Origin: Candidatus Heimdallarchaeum endolithica | GTDB lineage: Archaea; Asgardarchaeota; Heimdallarchaeia; Heimdallarchaeales; Heimdallarchaeaceae | Direction of reading: 5' to 3' | NCBI GenBank assembly: GCA_021513715.1 | Contig: CP084167.1 | Span: forward strand, 2,976,001-3,040,000 | Length of the DNA: 64,000 nucleotides | In this document: positions 50,462 to 60,417 of the stretch, one piece after another | How positions within the stretch are numbered: position 1 is the first letter of the stretch | Layout: the number at the start of each line of letters is the position of its first letter | Translations under genes and position numbers: made by a program | Notes under the pieces: generated by a model | What the model was told of the DNA's origin: nothing | Seen by the model: only the letters and a program-made list of their open reading frames with translations | The model's database searches: none

Positions 50462-50950
50462 TTATTTTTCTTCTACTCCTTCATTTTGATATATACCACT
50501 ATAACCTTCAGTTACTTTTTTTTTCATTTCAAAAAAAACTAGTTGGGCGATTCTAGCATCTTGATGAAGATTTATTGTTCTTGAAGTATATAAAAGACCT
50601 ATTCCTCTCCCTTTGTATCCAGGGTCCCACAAAGCAGAAAAAATTGTTGCTCCGATTCTCATTAGTGAGGAACGAGGAAGAAGAATTGCAGCCATGTTGA
50701 GAGGTACTTTTACTATCTCGTTATATTGAACAACATATCCACCTGGCTGAAGAACCCAAGAATTATTGCTTTTTGGTAGTTCAACATAGTTTGGAATAAA
50801 TCTCTGTGAATTGTCAAAATCTAGTTCTCCACCATCATCAAGAATAAAGATATTTCGTACAGTAAGATCAATACCTGCACTTTGAACTTGTTTTTCTATA
50901 TTGACAGCAGAACTAACATTATTTATGATAAAAGAAGGAGGAATAATCAT
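50462..50950 (-). CDS. dut: Trimeric dUTPase / dCTP deaminase family
   Basis: AGIDL, PRSSL, WDPGYKG, RIAQLVF, YSGIYQ. Confidence 0.82.
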   Translation of the reverse strand: MIIPPSFIINNVSSAVNIEKQVQSAGIDLTVRNIFILDDGGELDFDNSQRFIPNYVELPKSNNSWVLQPGGYVVQYNEIVKVPLNMAAILLPRSSLMRIGATIFSALWDPGYKGRGIGLLYTSRTINLHQDARIAQLVFFEMKKKVTEGYSGIYQNEGVEEK

Positions 50951-51024
50951 ATACTATCACATTCTTATTGTAGTTGCCAAATTTCAAATTGAACTATTGT
51001 TATTTTTTTTCTAATTTCAATCTA

Positions 51025-51342
51025 TTAATTGAAATAGGAATTAAGTTTCTTTTCTTTTTGACAAATATTGCAGTTTTCGTCTTGATAGCTCAATATGTCT
51101 TTTGCAATTTTAGCATTATGTCTATCTCTCTGTATACTATAGCAAAGTTTTGAAGGAGAACATGTGCCTTTTGTAAAATAAGTCTTCTTATTTGCATTAT
51201 AGAAAAGTTTTCCCCCTTTTAACGGACAGTTACAAACTTCAATATATACAGGAGAGTTGTCATAATTAATGTTAGTTATTTTGGCAAGAGCTTTTTCCAA
51301 CCTATTATCCAAATAATGATCTTGAACTTTTTGATAAGTCAT
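51025..51342 (-). CDS. Hypothetical Cys-rich protein
   Basis: 105 aa, several Cys including a terminal CNIC. Confidence 0.5.
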   Translation of the reverse strand: MTYQKVQDHYLDNRLEKALAKITNINYDNSPVYIEVCNCPLKGGKLFYNANKKTYFTKGTCSPSKLCYSIQRDRHNAKIAKDILSYQDENCNICQKEKKLNSYFN

Positions 51343-51582
51343 TGTAATTAAGTTACAATGTTAAGTATAAAGATGTGTAATACTTAAGAATTATAGTTAA
51401 CTAAATTAGCATATTTTCTCAATAACATCAAAGCACTTGTTGGGTATTTTTCGTAACTAGTAAAGTAAAACTTTCAAGTATATTCACAAAGAGAAACTAG
51501 ATTGATTTTTTTTTCAAAAACACTTTAAATAGTGAATTGACTTCTGGTGTACAGAGAGAATTATAGAAAAGAAGTGAAGAAA

Positions 51583-52695
51583 ATGCCTGAAAAAAACCAA
51601 ACTAAAGAAACAAAAAGTGCAAAAAAAGAACCTAAAACAAAGAAGACTTTAAGCAAAGAAGACCTGAAAGAACCTAAAGATGACAATTGGATAGATGAAA
51701 TCGTAAGTAAAAAGGAAAAAACGATTGCTAAAGAAAAAATTAGTGATGCCCCAATACGTTCAATTCCTGGAATTGGTCCTGCTGTAGCAGAAAAATTGAT
51801 GTCTGCAGGATATTTAACTCTTACCTCTGTAGCTCATGCTTCTCCCATGGAATTAGTTGAGTTTTGTGAAATCGGAGAACAAACCGCAAATAAGATTATT
51901 TCGACAGCAAGATCTCAGGTAGGTATTGGTTTTAAAAAAGCAAGTGAAATTTTGAACTTAAGAGAAAAAGTCTCAAAAATTCCTACTGGAAGTAAGGCAC
52001 TTGATTCTTTATTAATGGGCGGAATAGAAACCAAATCCATTACTGAATTATCTGGTGAGTTTAGAACAGGAAAAAGTCAGATATGTTTTCAGCTTTGTGT
52101 AAATACAGCTTTAGATAAAAAACATGGAGGACTAGAATCTGGCGTGATCTTTATTGATACTGAAGGAACTTTTAGACCTGAAAGGATTATTGATATGTGT
52201 GGACGTTTTGGAAAAGATGTTGACACTGAACAAGTTTTAAATAGAATTAATGTAGGTAGAGCCTATAATTCAGATCACCAAATGCTTCTTGTTCTTGAAA
52301 GCCCTAAGATAATTACTGAAAATAATGTAAAACTTATTGTAATTGATTCTCTCACTAGTCACTTTAGAGCAGAATATACAGGCAAAGGAACTATTTTAGA
52401 AAGACAACAGAAGTTAAACAAATTTTTGCATCAACTTCTTCGTTTAGCTGATGTCTATGATTTAGCAATTGTTGTAACAAATCAAGTACAAACAAAACCA
52501 GATGTGCTGATTGGTGAGTCTACTACTCCTATAGGAGGAAACATCGTTGCACATTCATGTACTACAAGAATATTTCTAAGAAAAGGTAAAGGGGATAAAA
52601 GAATTGCAAGAGTGATTGACAGTCCAAGTATTCCAGAAACAGAAGCTATTTTCAGAATAACAAAAATAGGAATAGAAGATGTGGACAGTTCTTAA
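51583..52695 (+). CDS. radA: DNA repair and recombination protein RadA (Rad51/Dmc1-like)
   Basis: HhH IPGIGPAVAEKL, GEFRTGKS, IDTEGTFRPER, IVIDSL, VVTNQV, GGNIVAH; likely ATG at 51583. Confidence 0.95.
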   Translation: MPEKNQTKETKSAKKEPKTKKTLSKEDLKEPKDDNWIDEIVSKKEKTIAKEKISDAPIRSIPGIGPAVAEKLMSAGYLTLTSVAHASPMELVEFCEIGEQTANKIISTARSQVGIGFKKASEILNLREKVSKIPTGSKALDSLLMGGIETKSITELSGEFRTGKSQICFQLCVNTALDKKHGGLESGVIFIDTEGTFRPERIIDMCGRFGKDVDTEQVLNRINVGRAYNSDHQMLLVLESPKIITENNVKLIVIDSLTSHFRAEYTGKGTILERQQKLNKFLHQLLRLADVYDLAIVVTNQVQTKPDVLIGESTTPIGGNIVAHSCTTRIFLRKGKGDKRIARVIDSPSIPETEAIFRITKIGIEDVDSS

Positions 52696-52822
52696 AATGA
52701 ATTTTTTAGTCAAAAATTAAATCCCTTTTTTTCATTGCGACTTACAAAATCTTTAAGTATTAAAATTATAATTATTAGACTGATATAGATTAAAATATCA
52801 TTTCAAAGCATGGTGAATATTT

Positions 52823-53608
52823 ATGGCAGAAGAAAATGAAGGAACATCTGTAGGAGAAGCTATAAAGATTACAGAATTAGAAAATGAAAAGAAAAAACTG
52901 GAAGAAAAAGTCCAAGCTTTAACAGAAGAGGTTAATAAGTTAAAAGAAGAAAATACTTCTTTAGTAGAAAAAAATAATGAACTAACAGAAAAACTGAACA
53001 GTTTAGAACAATCCTCTGGAGTAGCCGAAGAAAAAGAAGAAGAAATAAACGAACTAAAAGAAAAGCTTTCTTCTACTCAGCAAGAAAAAGAGAATTTAAA
53101 CCAAGAGTTACAAAAACTAAAGGATGAGATGTTACGAAAAGATGAAGAATTGAATTCAAAAAATAGAGAACTAAATACAATAAAAGAACAACTCGATGAA
53201 AAGCAAAAAATGATAGATCAATTAAAAGAAGGAGTATCAAAAATTGAAAGAAGTAAAACTGAACTAGAATCACAATTAACTTCCATAAATGATGAAAAAA
53301 TGGAAGTAGAATCTAAATACAACGAGTTACTAAAAGAAACATCAAAACTAGATGAATTAAAGACATCACTTCAAGAAAAAGAAGAAGCGTTAAGAAGATT
53401 CCAGATAATTGCTGAAACTGATCCATCTTATGCTTGGTTAACTACACTAGAACAATACAAAGTTATTGAACTTAAGAGATTAGCAATGTCTGCTGGTGCT
53501 TCAACTCATGCTATTCTTCAATATGTCAAAAAATTAGAAGCTGCTGGTCTTGTTGAACTAGAATTTCACGGCAGAGAAGATAGCAATCCTGTTGTAAAAT
53601 TGAAATAG
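52823..53608 (+). CDS. Long coiled-coil protein with C-terminal winged-helix-like domain
   Basis: ~190 aa heptads, then LKRLAMSAGASTHAILQYVKKLEAAGLVEL. Confidence 0.7.
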   Translation: MAEENEGTSVGEAIKITELENEKKKLEEKVQALTEEVNKLKEENTSLVEKNNELTEKLNSLEQSSGVAEEKEEEINELKEKLSSTQQEKENLNQELQKLKDEMLRKDEELNSKNRELNTIKEQLDEKQKMIDQLKEGVSKIERSKTELESQLTSINDEKMEVESKYNELLKETSKLDELKTSLQEKEEALRRFQIIAETDPSYAWLTTLEQYKVIELKRLAMSAGASTHAILQYVKKLEAAGLVELEFHGREDSNPVVKLK

Positions 53609-53658
53609 TTACATTTTACTTTCTTTATTTTTATCTTTTTGATTTTTATGGTTTTTTA

Positions 53659-54360
53659 TTACTTGAAAAGAGACTTAAAATATAACCAAATGACTCGTTT
53701 ATTTATTTTTGAGGACCCATAGTCCCTATGACCAAAGTCATATTCCACTTCTTGAATTTTTAATTTATTAGGAAAGGTTTTTAGAAAATCAAAAAGTACT
53801 TTGTAGCCCTCTAGAGCAAACTTATGCTCTTTTTTTTGGATTATGTCTTTCCATATTTCAGTTCTTGAAGCAAAAAAGCCAGACATAATATCTTGACATT
53901 TATTCTTATTTCTTAAAAATAAAACTATTTTTCCTAGTATAGTGGCTGAATAAGATATTAATTTTCTGTGAAAAGACCACTTCTCCTTTACTTTTCTTCT
54001 TTTTCCCACCACTAAATCAAATCCATTATTTAATTTTTCATGAAATTCAGGGATTTTTTTAGGTGGATGTTGAAGATCTGCGTCCATTACTAAAAAATAA
54101 GTACTTTCTGTTTGTAGAATCGCATCTAAAACACTCGCTGTTAAACCATGAACAGGATTTTTACTTCTGTCCAGAAATTGAACATTTAGGTTTCCTTTGA
54201 ATGACATAACATTTAATTTTGTATTATCTGTGGAGCCATCATCTGTAACAATTACTTTAGCTCCTGGAGCACATTGTTCTAATTTTTCTAATAATATTTG
54301 GATAGCTTTTTCCTCGTTAAGAGTAGGGATAATTATCGTTAAATCGGAGAAAGTATTCAT
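53659..54360 (-). CDS. GT2 glycosyltransferase (dolichol-phosphate mannosyltransferase-like)
   Basis: IIIPTLNE, DDGSTD, MDADLQHPP, DIMSGF, R..GSSK. Confidence 0.9.
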   Translation of the reverse strand: MNTFSDLTIIIPTLNEEKAIQILLEKLEQCAPGAKVIVTDDGSTDNTKLNVMSFKGNLNVQFLDRSKNPVHGLTASVLDAILQTESTYFLVMDADLQHPPKKIPEFHEKLNNGFDLVVGKRRKVKEKWSFHRKLISYSATILGKIVLFLRNKNKCQDIMSGFFASRTEIWKDIIQKKEHKFALEGYKVLFDFLKTFPNKLKIQEVEYDFGHRDYGSSKINKRVIWLYFKSLFK

Positions 54361-54524
54361 TGGATAACTTTTTGTGTTTGTTATAAAAATATTAAGATGA
54401 AAATTCTTTTTTATATAAAAAAATTTTTTAGTTAAATTTCTTTAAAGTATTGATTGTAAGATATTTCCCTTATCAGTAAATATTTAAGGGATTTGAAATA
54501 AATTAATTTGTAGAGGATAGAGAT

Positions 54525-55211
54525 ATGAGTATTTATATAGTCGAAAAAACAGGAGAACTTTCTACATGTCATGATAAAGATCACGCATTAAAATCAGAAA
54601 ATGTTTTAATTGTTGTTTCACATATGGATAAAAAGGTATATACATGGGTGGGGTCTAGAGCATCACCACAGTCAAAATTTGCTTGTGCGAGAGAAACAGC
54701 TCGAATGAGAGTGGAACTTGGATATCGTGCAGTAAATCTTGAGGAAGCTGATACGACAGAGTCTTTTTTGAGAGCAATAGATGAAGCCCTAAATGGTGCT
54801 GATAGACCAGGGACAAGTTTTAGACCAAAACCAGTTCCTTATTCTTCTCAAATAAAGGAAGATAAAAGAGAAAAAATCCACGAAACACCAAAAAAAGATA
54901 CCAAAAATGTAGAATCAAAGGAAATAAAGGCTTCTGTTACACCTACAGTAAAGCTTGATGCTTTATCACCAAAAGTTCTTGATATTAATTACGTAGTAAA
55001 ACAGACTTCAGCTCTTCCACAGATAAATGGAATGATCAGAGATTATATTATAATAGGAGATAAACTCTATATTGCTCCTGATGAAGATACTTCTGAAGTA
55101 GCAATAATGGATTCTCTTCCAGACGGAGGGTTTGTTGCAGAAGATTATTTGCCAAGATTATATATAGAAAATGGTAGAGTGATAGCAGTAGAACTATGGA
55201 GAGAGCAATAG
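54525..55211 (+). CDS. Gelsolin-like domain protein with extra C-terminal domain
   Basis: LKSENVLIV...VYTWVGSRAS...K..A pattern of a gelsolin repeat, charged linker, beta-rich C-terminal domain. Confidence 0.7.
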   Translation: MSIYIVEKTGELSTCHDKDHALKSENVLIVVSHMDKKVYTWVGSRASPQSKFACARETARMRVELGYRAVNLEEADTTESFLRAIDEALNGADRPGTSFRPKPVPYSSQIKEDKREKIHETPKKDTKNVESKEIKASVTPTVKLDALSPKVLDINYVVKQTSALPQINGMIRDYIIIGDKLYIAPDEDTSEVAIMDSLPDGGFVAEDYLPRLYIENGRVIAVELWREQ

Positions 55212-55227
55212 GTTCTTTTTATTTAAA

Positions 55228-56227
55228 GCATGTCCAAAAATTCTTTTTCACCTACTAAACGGTCCGAAGGAGTAAAAGGTAGTTGTAACAGAGAAGAGAA
55301 CTGTACAAGGTAGAGAGGATGGTGGAGGGTAAACGATCAAGGATTGGGGGAAGAGAGAGTTTAAGGAGACCAAAGACGTGTTCAATACTACTACGATACT
55401 CGGGATGATGATTACGACGATACAGACCAGGGTAGAGACGATGAGCTTGAACTATTGGTCCGAGGGGAGGAGGAGAGGGATAACGAGCATTACTTTTTGG
55501 GGGAATAACAGGAAAAAAGGAATGTTGGCTAAGAAGTCCAACGATATTTTCTGTCCAGTAGGCACAGTCTCCATAAAATCGCAAGAAAGGTCTCAAGAGT
55601 GCAGAAGGAAGTTTCTGCCAGAGTAAACCGAAGACTTTACTATCGTGAGTGTTACTAGCAGAATGAGCGAGAGAGACTATAGCTCGAGAGGGTAAACCAA
55701 CTATAAGGTGTATCTTCCAGAAAAGTTTAGAGGTTTTCTTTAGTGTCCCTCTTGACCATTTGAGAAAACGCCAAACAGAAGCTTGACGGATTTTAAACCC
55801 TGAACTATCCACTGCCATAGCTTTCAAGCCTTTTTTCCTCACTATTTCCCTACCTAAATCTATTATCCACTGCTCTAAGATTTTACTTTCTGTCGCTCTC
55901 CACACTGCATGAAAAGTAGATTTAGAAGGAATCTTCTTCATCCACCCCTCTTCTATCAAAAAATCGCATAAAGACAACTTTTCCTCTAACTTCCTCCAAG
56001 CTATCCCTTCTATTCTAGCAATGATTGCTAAAGCCAGTATCACCCATCTTTCTGCTATTCTCTTTCTCCCTCTCTTGCTTTCTCTCGGTTCCTCTTTCAC
56101 CAGTTTCTTAAGGAAAGGTTCATTAATGATTATGAATTCTCTTGCTTTGTGGGGGTCTATGATCTGAAAGAAATTCATACTTCCGACATAAACCCCCACA
56201 TTAATAAAAATTAATTTTTGGACATGC
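55228..56227 (-). mobile_element. IS5-like insertion sequence, 1000 bp, apparently intact
   Basis: 15-bp TIR GCATGTCCAAAAATT (55228-55242 / 56213-56227); 10-bp TSD TTTATTTAAA (55218-55227 / 56228-56237). Confidence 0.93.
55255..56199 (-). CDS. DDE transposase (IS5/IS4-type)
   Basis: AVDSSGF, KIHL, HDS, GDCAY, YRSSIEHVFGLLK; start may be the ATG at 56178. Confidence 0.9.
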   Translation of the reverse strand: MGVYVGSMNFFQIIDPHKAREFIIINEPFLKKLVKEEPRESKRGRKRIAERWVILALAIIARIEGIAWRKLEEKLSLCDFLIEEGWMKKIPSKSTFHAVWRATESKILEQWIIDLGREIVRKKGLKAMAVDSSGFKIRQASVWRFLKWSRGTLKKTSKLFWKIHLIVGLPSRAIVSLAHSASNTHDSKVFGLLWQKLPSALLRPFLRFYGDCAYWTENIVGLLSQHSFFPVIPPKSNARYPSPPPLGPIVQAHRLYPGLYRRNHHPEYRSSIEHVFGLLKLSLPPILDRLPSTILSTLYSSLLCYNYLLLLRTV

Positions 56228-56334
56228 TTTATTTAAATTATTTAGAATTTTTAATATAAATAAAAATAATAATTTTTTTACTTAAAAAGTACTAAACAAA
56301 CTTGACTAGTGTTCTTTTGTTTCTTTAGATATTT

Positions 56335-56874
56335 TTATTTTTCATTTAGTTTTTCCATTACTTGCTTAACTATTGTAACATAAACATCGTTTACTCCTGC
56401 TCCTAGTTTAGCAGAAGTTTCAAGAACTTGATAACCTTTGCTTTCCCACTCTTTTTTAGCTTGCTCATAAGAAACAGCTCTCTGTTCTTCTAGGTCTGTT
56501 TTATTTCCAACGATAATGATTGGAATATCTGGGACCTTATTTTCTATTTCTGAAATCCAGTAAGAAATATTTTCATATGATTCTTTTCTAGTAATATCAT
56601 AAACAACTACTGCACCGTGAGCTCCAGTATAATATCTTTTTCTTAATGAAGCTAGACGTTCTTGTCCTACTGTATCAAATAGTACCATTTTTATTTTTGT
56701 ATCTTCATCGATATCAACTTCCTTACTATAAAAGTCTACACCCAATGTAGGGAGGTAATTGACAGAAAATTTGTTTTTTGTATATCTTACTGCGATACTT
56801 GTTTTTCCAACACTGTAGTCTCCTACGTTAATTATCTTTACAATAAAGGTGACATTTTTATTTGAACCTAACAT
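56335..56874 (-). CDS. Rab-like small GTPase
   Basis: GDYSVGKTS, PTLGVDF, DTVGQE, RYYTGA, VVYDIT, NKTD, ETSAK. Confidence 0.93.
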   Translation of the reverse strand: MLGSNKNVTFIVKIINVGDYSVGKTSIAVRYTKNKFSVNYLPTLGVDFYSKEVDIDEDTKIKMVLFDTVGQERLASLRKRYYTGAHGAVVVYDITRKESYENISYWISEIENKVPDIPIIIVGNKTDLEEQRAVSYEQAKKEWESKGYQVLETSAKLGAGVNDVYVTIVKQVMEKLNEK

Positions 56875-57037
56875 TTACAGTACAACTCTAGTATTTTTAG
56901 ACTTCATTACTATTTTATATAATTACGTTTTATATTTTTTGTATCTGTCAACTTAAGAAATCTTCCGAATAAGTTATAAGTGATAAACTCTAATAACGAT
57001 TAGTCAGTATACTGATTTGTTATGTGAGGATAAAAGC

Positions 57038-57907
57038 ATGTCTTCAAAAGTAATAGAGTCAATAGCTTATAGCTATGTAGGAAGATTAATTGAGCCCTAT
57101 TTAACAGAATTCGAAGGTTTAAGGACCACCCTGAAAAAAGCTGGAATAGAACAAAGTGTAAGGATGTATTTAAGCATTCGCCTATTCTGGTCTATTGTAT
57201 TGTCTATAGTTTCACTCTTTATTCTGATAGCTGTGAAAATACTTGTTCCAAGTTTTTCAGTTATACTAGTTGTCATATTGCCTGTTTTAATTTTATTGAC
57301 AATGTTTGTAATAACATGGGTATACCCAAGTTATTTGATAGGTGAAAGAAAAAGAAAATTAGAAGCTGCTTTACCCACTGCAGCAAGCTATATGACTGCT
57401 ATGGCTTCTGCAGGTGTTACTCCAGATAAAATTTTTCTAGCTTTGTCAAAGGAAGAAAGTATAGGTGAAGCTATTGTTAAAGATGCTAAAAAGATCTCTC
57501 GAGATATTCAAGTTTTTGGTTATGATATTGTTCACGCTTTAAGCGAAGCATCATCACGTTCTCCATCTCCTAAGTATTCAAGTTACTTAGAGGGGATTGT
57601 TGCCACTTTTACTTCAGGAGGAGAACTTCAACGATTTTTAGAAGTTTCTACTGAAAACTTAATGAGAGATAAGGTTCAAACTGAAAAGAATTTTATTGAA
57701 GCATTAGGTTTAACTGCAGAACTGTACATGGTTGTAGGTGTTGTAACGCCTATTTTCTTTATCGTTATAATTGCAATGATGGCTATGTTAGGTGGAAGTG
57801 CAAATACTGGAGCTAATGCCTTATTAGCAATTACAGTTTACATAGTCATACCCGTTGGAATGCTGGTAATTATTCTTTTAGTGGACATGCAACAACCAGA
57901 GGATTAA
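57038..57907 (+). CDS. Type IV pilus / T2SSF (TadC/FlaJ-like) membrane platform protein
   Basis: LKKAGI..SV..Y, YPSY...RK..LE..LP.A..YM..MA.AG, G.D...AL, SGG.L..FL. Confidence 0.88.
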   Translation: MSSKVIESIAYSYVGRLIEPYLTEFEGLRTTLKKAGIEQSVRMYLSIRLFWSIVLSIVSLFILIAVKILVPSFSVILVVILPVLILLTMFVITWVYPSYLIGERKRKLEAALPTAASYMTAMASAGVTPDKIFLALSKEESIGEAIVKDAKKISRDIQVFGYDIVHALSEASSRSPSPKYSSYLEGIVATFTSGGELQRFLEVSTENLMRDKVQTEKNFIEALGLTAELYMVVGVVTPIFFIVIIAMMAMLGGSANTGANALLAITVYIVIPVGMLVIILLVDMQQPED

Positions 57908-57917
57908 GGTGAGTTAA

Positions 57918-58820
57918 ATGGCAATTAAAGATGAAGTTGAGATAAAAATAAAAGAGTTTCAGATTAGTGTTGATATGATCTATTGGGTTATAGCCATTTT
58001 CGCTGGATTAGTGTTGGTAGTGTTGGGCATTTTGGATTATATTTCTTCTACTGATTTGATTACTATCCTAGATATCAATGATTTTGTTATACTAGCAATA
58101 ATAATTTCTCTTGGAATTCCAACCTTTTTAGTAGTTTACAGAGAAGAACGCAGACAAGCTCGTATTGATGCGAATTTGCCTTATCTTCTTCGTGAAATTT
58201 CTAATGCTCAACGTACAGGTATGAGCCTTCCTCGAGCAATAAAAGAAGCAGCAAAAAGGCATTATGGTCCATTAACCCCTGAGTTACGTAAAATGTCAAG
58301 CAAAATCTCTTGGGGTATTCCTTTCAGTAAAGCTATGACAGATTTTCAAAATGCAATAAATACTCAAATGGCTCAGAGAGCAACAATTCTGATTCTTGAA
58401 GCAGAACGCTCTGGAGGAAATCTTGAAGACATTTTTGAATCAACTGAGAAGCATGTTCAACAATTACTTGATCTTAAAAAGGAGAGAGAAGGAGCAATGA
58501 AACCTTATTTAATGATTTGTTATGCAGCATACATTATTTTCGTTTTAGTGGTCTTTATACTATTTCAAACATTCTTTTATCCTTTCGGTACATTAGATGT
58601 TTCTAGTGAGATGTTTAGTTTTAATATTGATTTACACACACTCTCTGTTTTATTCCTTCACATGTTAGCTGTTCAAGGTTTCTTTACTGGACTTGTTGCA
58701 GGAAAAATGGCTAAAACAAAAGTTAAAGCAGGATTAATGCATTCTGTGATTTTAATGTTTGTTGGATGGTTTGCATTTAAAGTTCTCATTCAAAATCAAC
58801 TTATTACATTAAATTTGTAA
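57918..58820 (+). CDS. Type IV pilus / T2SSF (TadC/FlaJ-like) membrane platform protein
   Basis: IDANLPYLLREIS...TGMSL..A, YGPLT.EL, WG.PF, SGGNL, GLVAGKM. Confidence 0.88.
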   Translation: MAIKDEVEIKIKEFQISVDMIYWVIAIFAGLVLVVLGILDYISSTDLITILDINDFVILAIIISLGIPTFLVVYREERRQARIDANLPYLLREISNAQRTGMSLPRAIKEAAKRHYGPLTPELRKMSSKISWGIPFSKAMTDFQNAINTQMAQRATILILEAERSGGNLEDIFESTEKHVQQLLDLKKEREGAMKPYLMICYAAYIIFVLVVFILFQTFFYPFGTLDVSSEMFSFNIDLHTLSVLFLHMLAVQGFFTGLVAGKMAKTKVKAGLMHSVILMFVGWFAFKVLIQNQLITLNL

Positions 58821-58829
58821 GGTGATTAT

Positions 58830-59258
58830 ATGGTAAAAATAGAAACTGAAATAAAAAATATCAAAGCAGATATTGAGGAACTAAAACGAACATTGAACCA
58901 AATGAACTTTAATTTGGTTAGAATAATGGGTACTATAGAAAAAGGTATTGCTAGTGTATCGACAACAGAAGATGGAGGAAAGGTTGTTACTTCTGGAGTT
59001 TCTGTTGATTTAGGACCAATAGAGGATAAAATAGAAAAACTAGGAAAAGAGATGGTGACTAAAGAAGAAATGAATAAGCTTGAAACTCAAGTCTCAGAAA
59101 TAGTATCTGAAAAAATCAAAAAAGCTGAAGAAACACAAGAAAGAGCACATAATCTGCTTGAAAAAGGAATGGAACTAGTGGAATTACAATCAACTTTGGC
59201 GGAAATAAAAACGCTATTAGAAGAAAGGATTCTCGGAGATTTAGAAGAAGAAGAATAA
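58830..59258 (+). CDS. Coiled-coil protein in pilus operon
   Basis: Heptad-rich 142 aa; GGTGA SD upstream; operonic spacing. Confidence 0.6.
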   Translation: MVKIETEIKNIKADIEELKRTLNQMNFNLVRIMGTIEKGIASVSTTEDGGKVVTSGVSVDLGPIEDKIEKLGKEMVTKEEMNKLETQVSEIVSEKIKKAEETQERAHNLLEKGMELVELQSTLAEIKTLLEERILGDLEEEE

Positions 59259-59265
59259 AAAATAG

Positions 59266-60417
59266 GTGATCAATCCCGTGATTCTAAAAAAACTGAGAAG
59301 AATGAGAAAAGGACAGGTTAGAGGGATAGATTTCGCGTTAGGTATGCTTATTTTTATTATTGCTTTTAGTCAAGTAATAATAGTTCTTACTCATCTTCTT
59401 GTTCCTTCTATAATGCAAATGGAAAATTATTCAGAATATCAAGAATTGGATAAGTTGTATAGTCTATTTTATTATTCAAAAGGTAATCCTTCTAATTGGG
59501 CAACAATAGGTACTTCTTCTTTAACAGACTTTTCTCTGGGTTTAAGCGGTGATGATGGCCAGTTATCCTTTTCTAAGATAAATAGATTAACTTCAGATAT
59601 AGCTGATTATTGGAAAATAGATTATCAATTTGTAAAAACATCTTATGGGCTTTTAAAAGATTTTGCTATTTCTGTAGATTCAGCAATTAAAATTCAAATA
59701 GATAGTTTTAGTGCAGGATTTGGAACACTTACTGTGACAGGACAAGTTCTAGAAGATTCAACCTCTGTTGAAAATGTTGATATCACTGCTTTTGTACTAG
59801 ATAAAGAAAATAATGTGTTTACTAATATTACAACAACAAAAAAGAATTCAAATGAAGTTAATTTTATCTCAAGTTTTTCATTGACTACTTCAAACTATTA
59901 TACAATTGTAATCTTTGCTAATATCGATGACATCTATGAATCATACTATGTTTTTAGGATCTATAAAGCAGATGATAGTTTTGAATATGAAGAGGTGGAT
60001 TTTAACTTTAGACCATTGGTTTTAGAGAATAAAGAAAAACATTCTTCAGCAATTGATGTTCGTTTTTCTAGTCCTGCAATAACAGATGAAGCAGTAGCTA
60101 CTGTTTTATTTTCAAAAAGAGATGTTGGAAAAAGCTTCTATAATCAAACTCTATCTCAACAATCTTCATTAGAAGAAGGGAACTTCTATTTAGGGACAAA
60201 TATTCCCATCCCAACTCAAGGGCTTGCAGTTGTTATTGTGCAAGAGAATGATGGGTTAAATTATAGAGCAGGATATATGGGTATACCTATGTTTTTGACA
60301 GAAACTGCTTCGAGCATTTTTGGAAATGAAGGAATTCTTTCTGGAGAATACATCTATTCTTTTGATTTACTTTATGTCAGAAACAGACTAGTTAAATGTC
60401 AAATTTGGGTGAATTAA
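59266..60417 (+). CDS. Pilin-like protein with class III signal peptide (large/minor pilin)
   Basis: RKG|QVRGIDFALGMLIF + hydrophobic stretch; GNPSNW. Confidence 0.75.
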   Translation: MINPVILKKLRRMRKGQVRGIDFALGMLIFIIAFSQVIIVLTHLLVPSIMQMENYSEYQELDKLYSLFYYSKGNPSNWATIGTSSLTDFSLGLSGDDGQLSFSKINRLTSDIADYWKIDYQFVKTSYGLLKDFAISVDSAIKIQIDSFSAGFGTLTVTGQVLEDSTSVENVDITAFVLDKENNVFTNITTTKKNSNEVNFISSFSLTTSNYYTIVIFANIDDIYESYYVFRIYKADDSFEYEEVDFNFRPLVLENKEKHSSAIDVRFSSPAITDEAVATVLFSKRDVGKSFYNQTLSQQSSLEEGNFYLGTNIPIPTQGLAVVIVQENDGLNYRAGYMGIPMFLTETASSIFGNEGILSGEYIYSFDLLYVRNRLVKCQIWVN

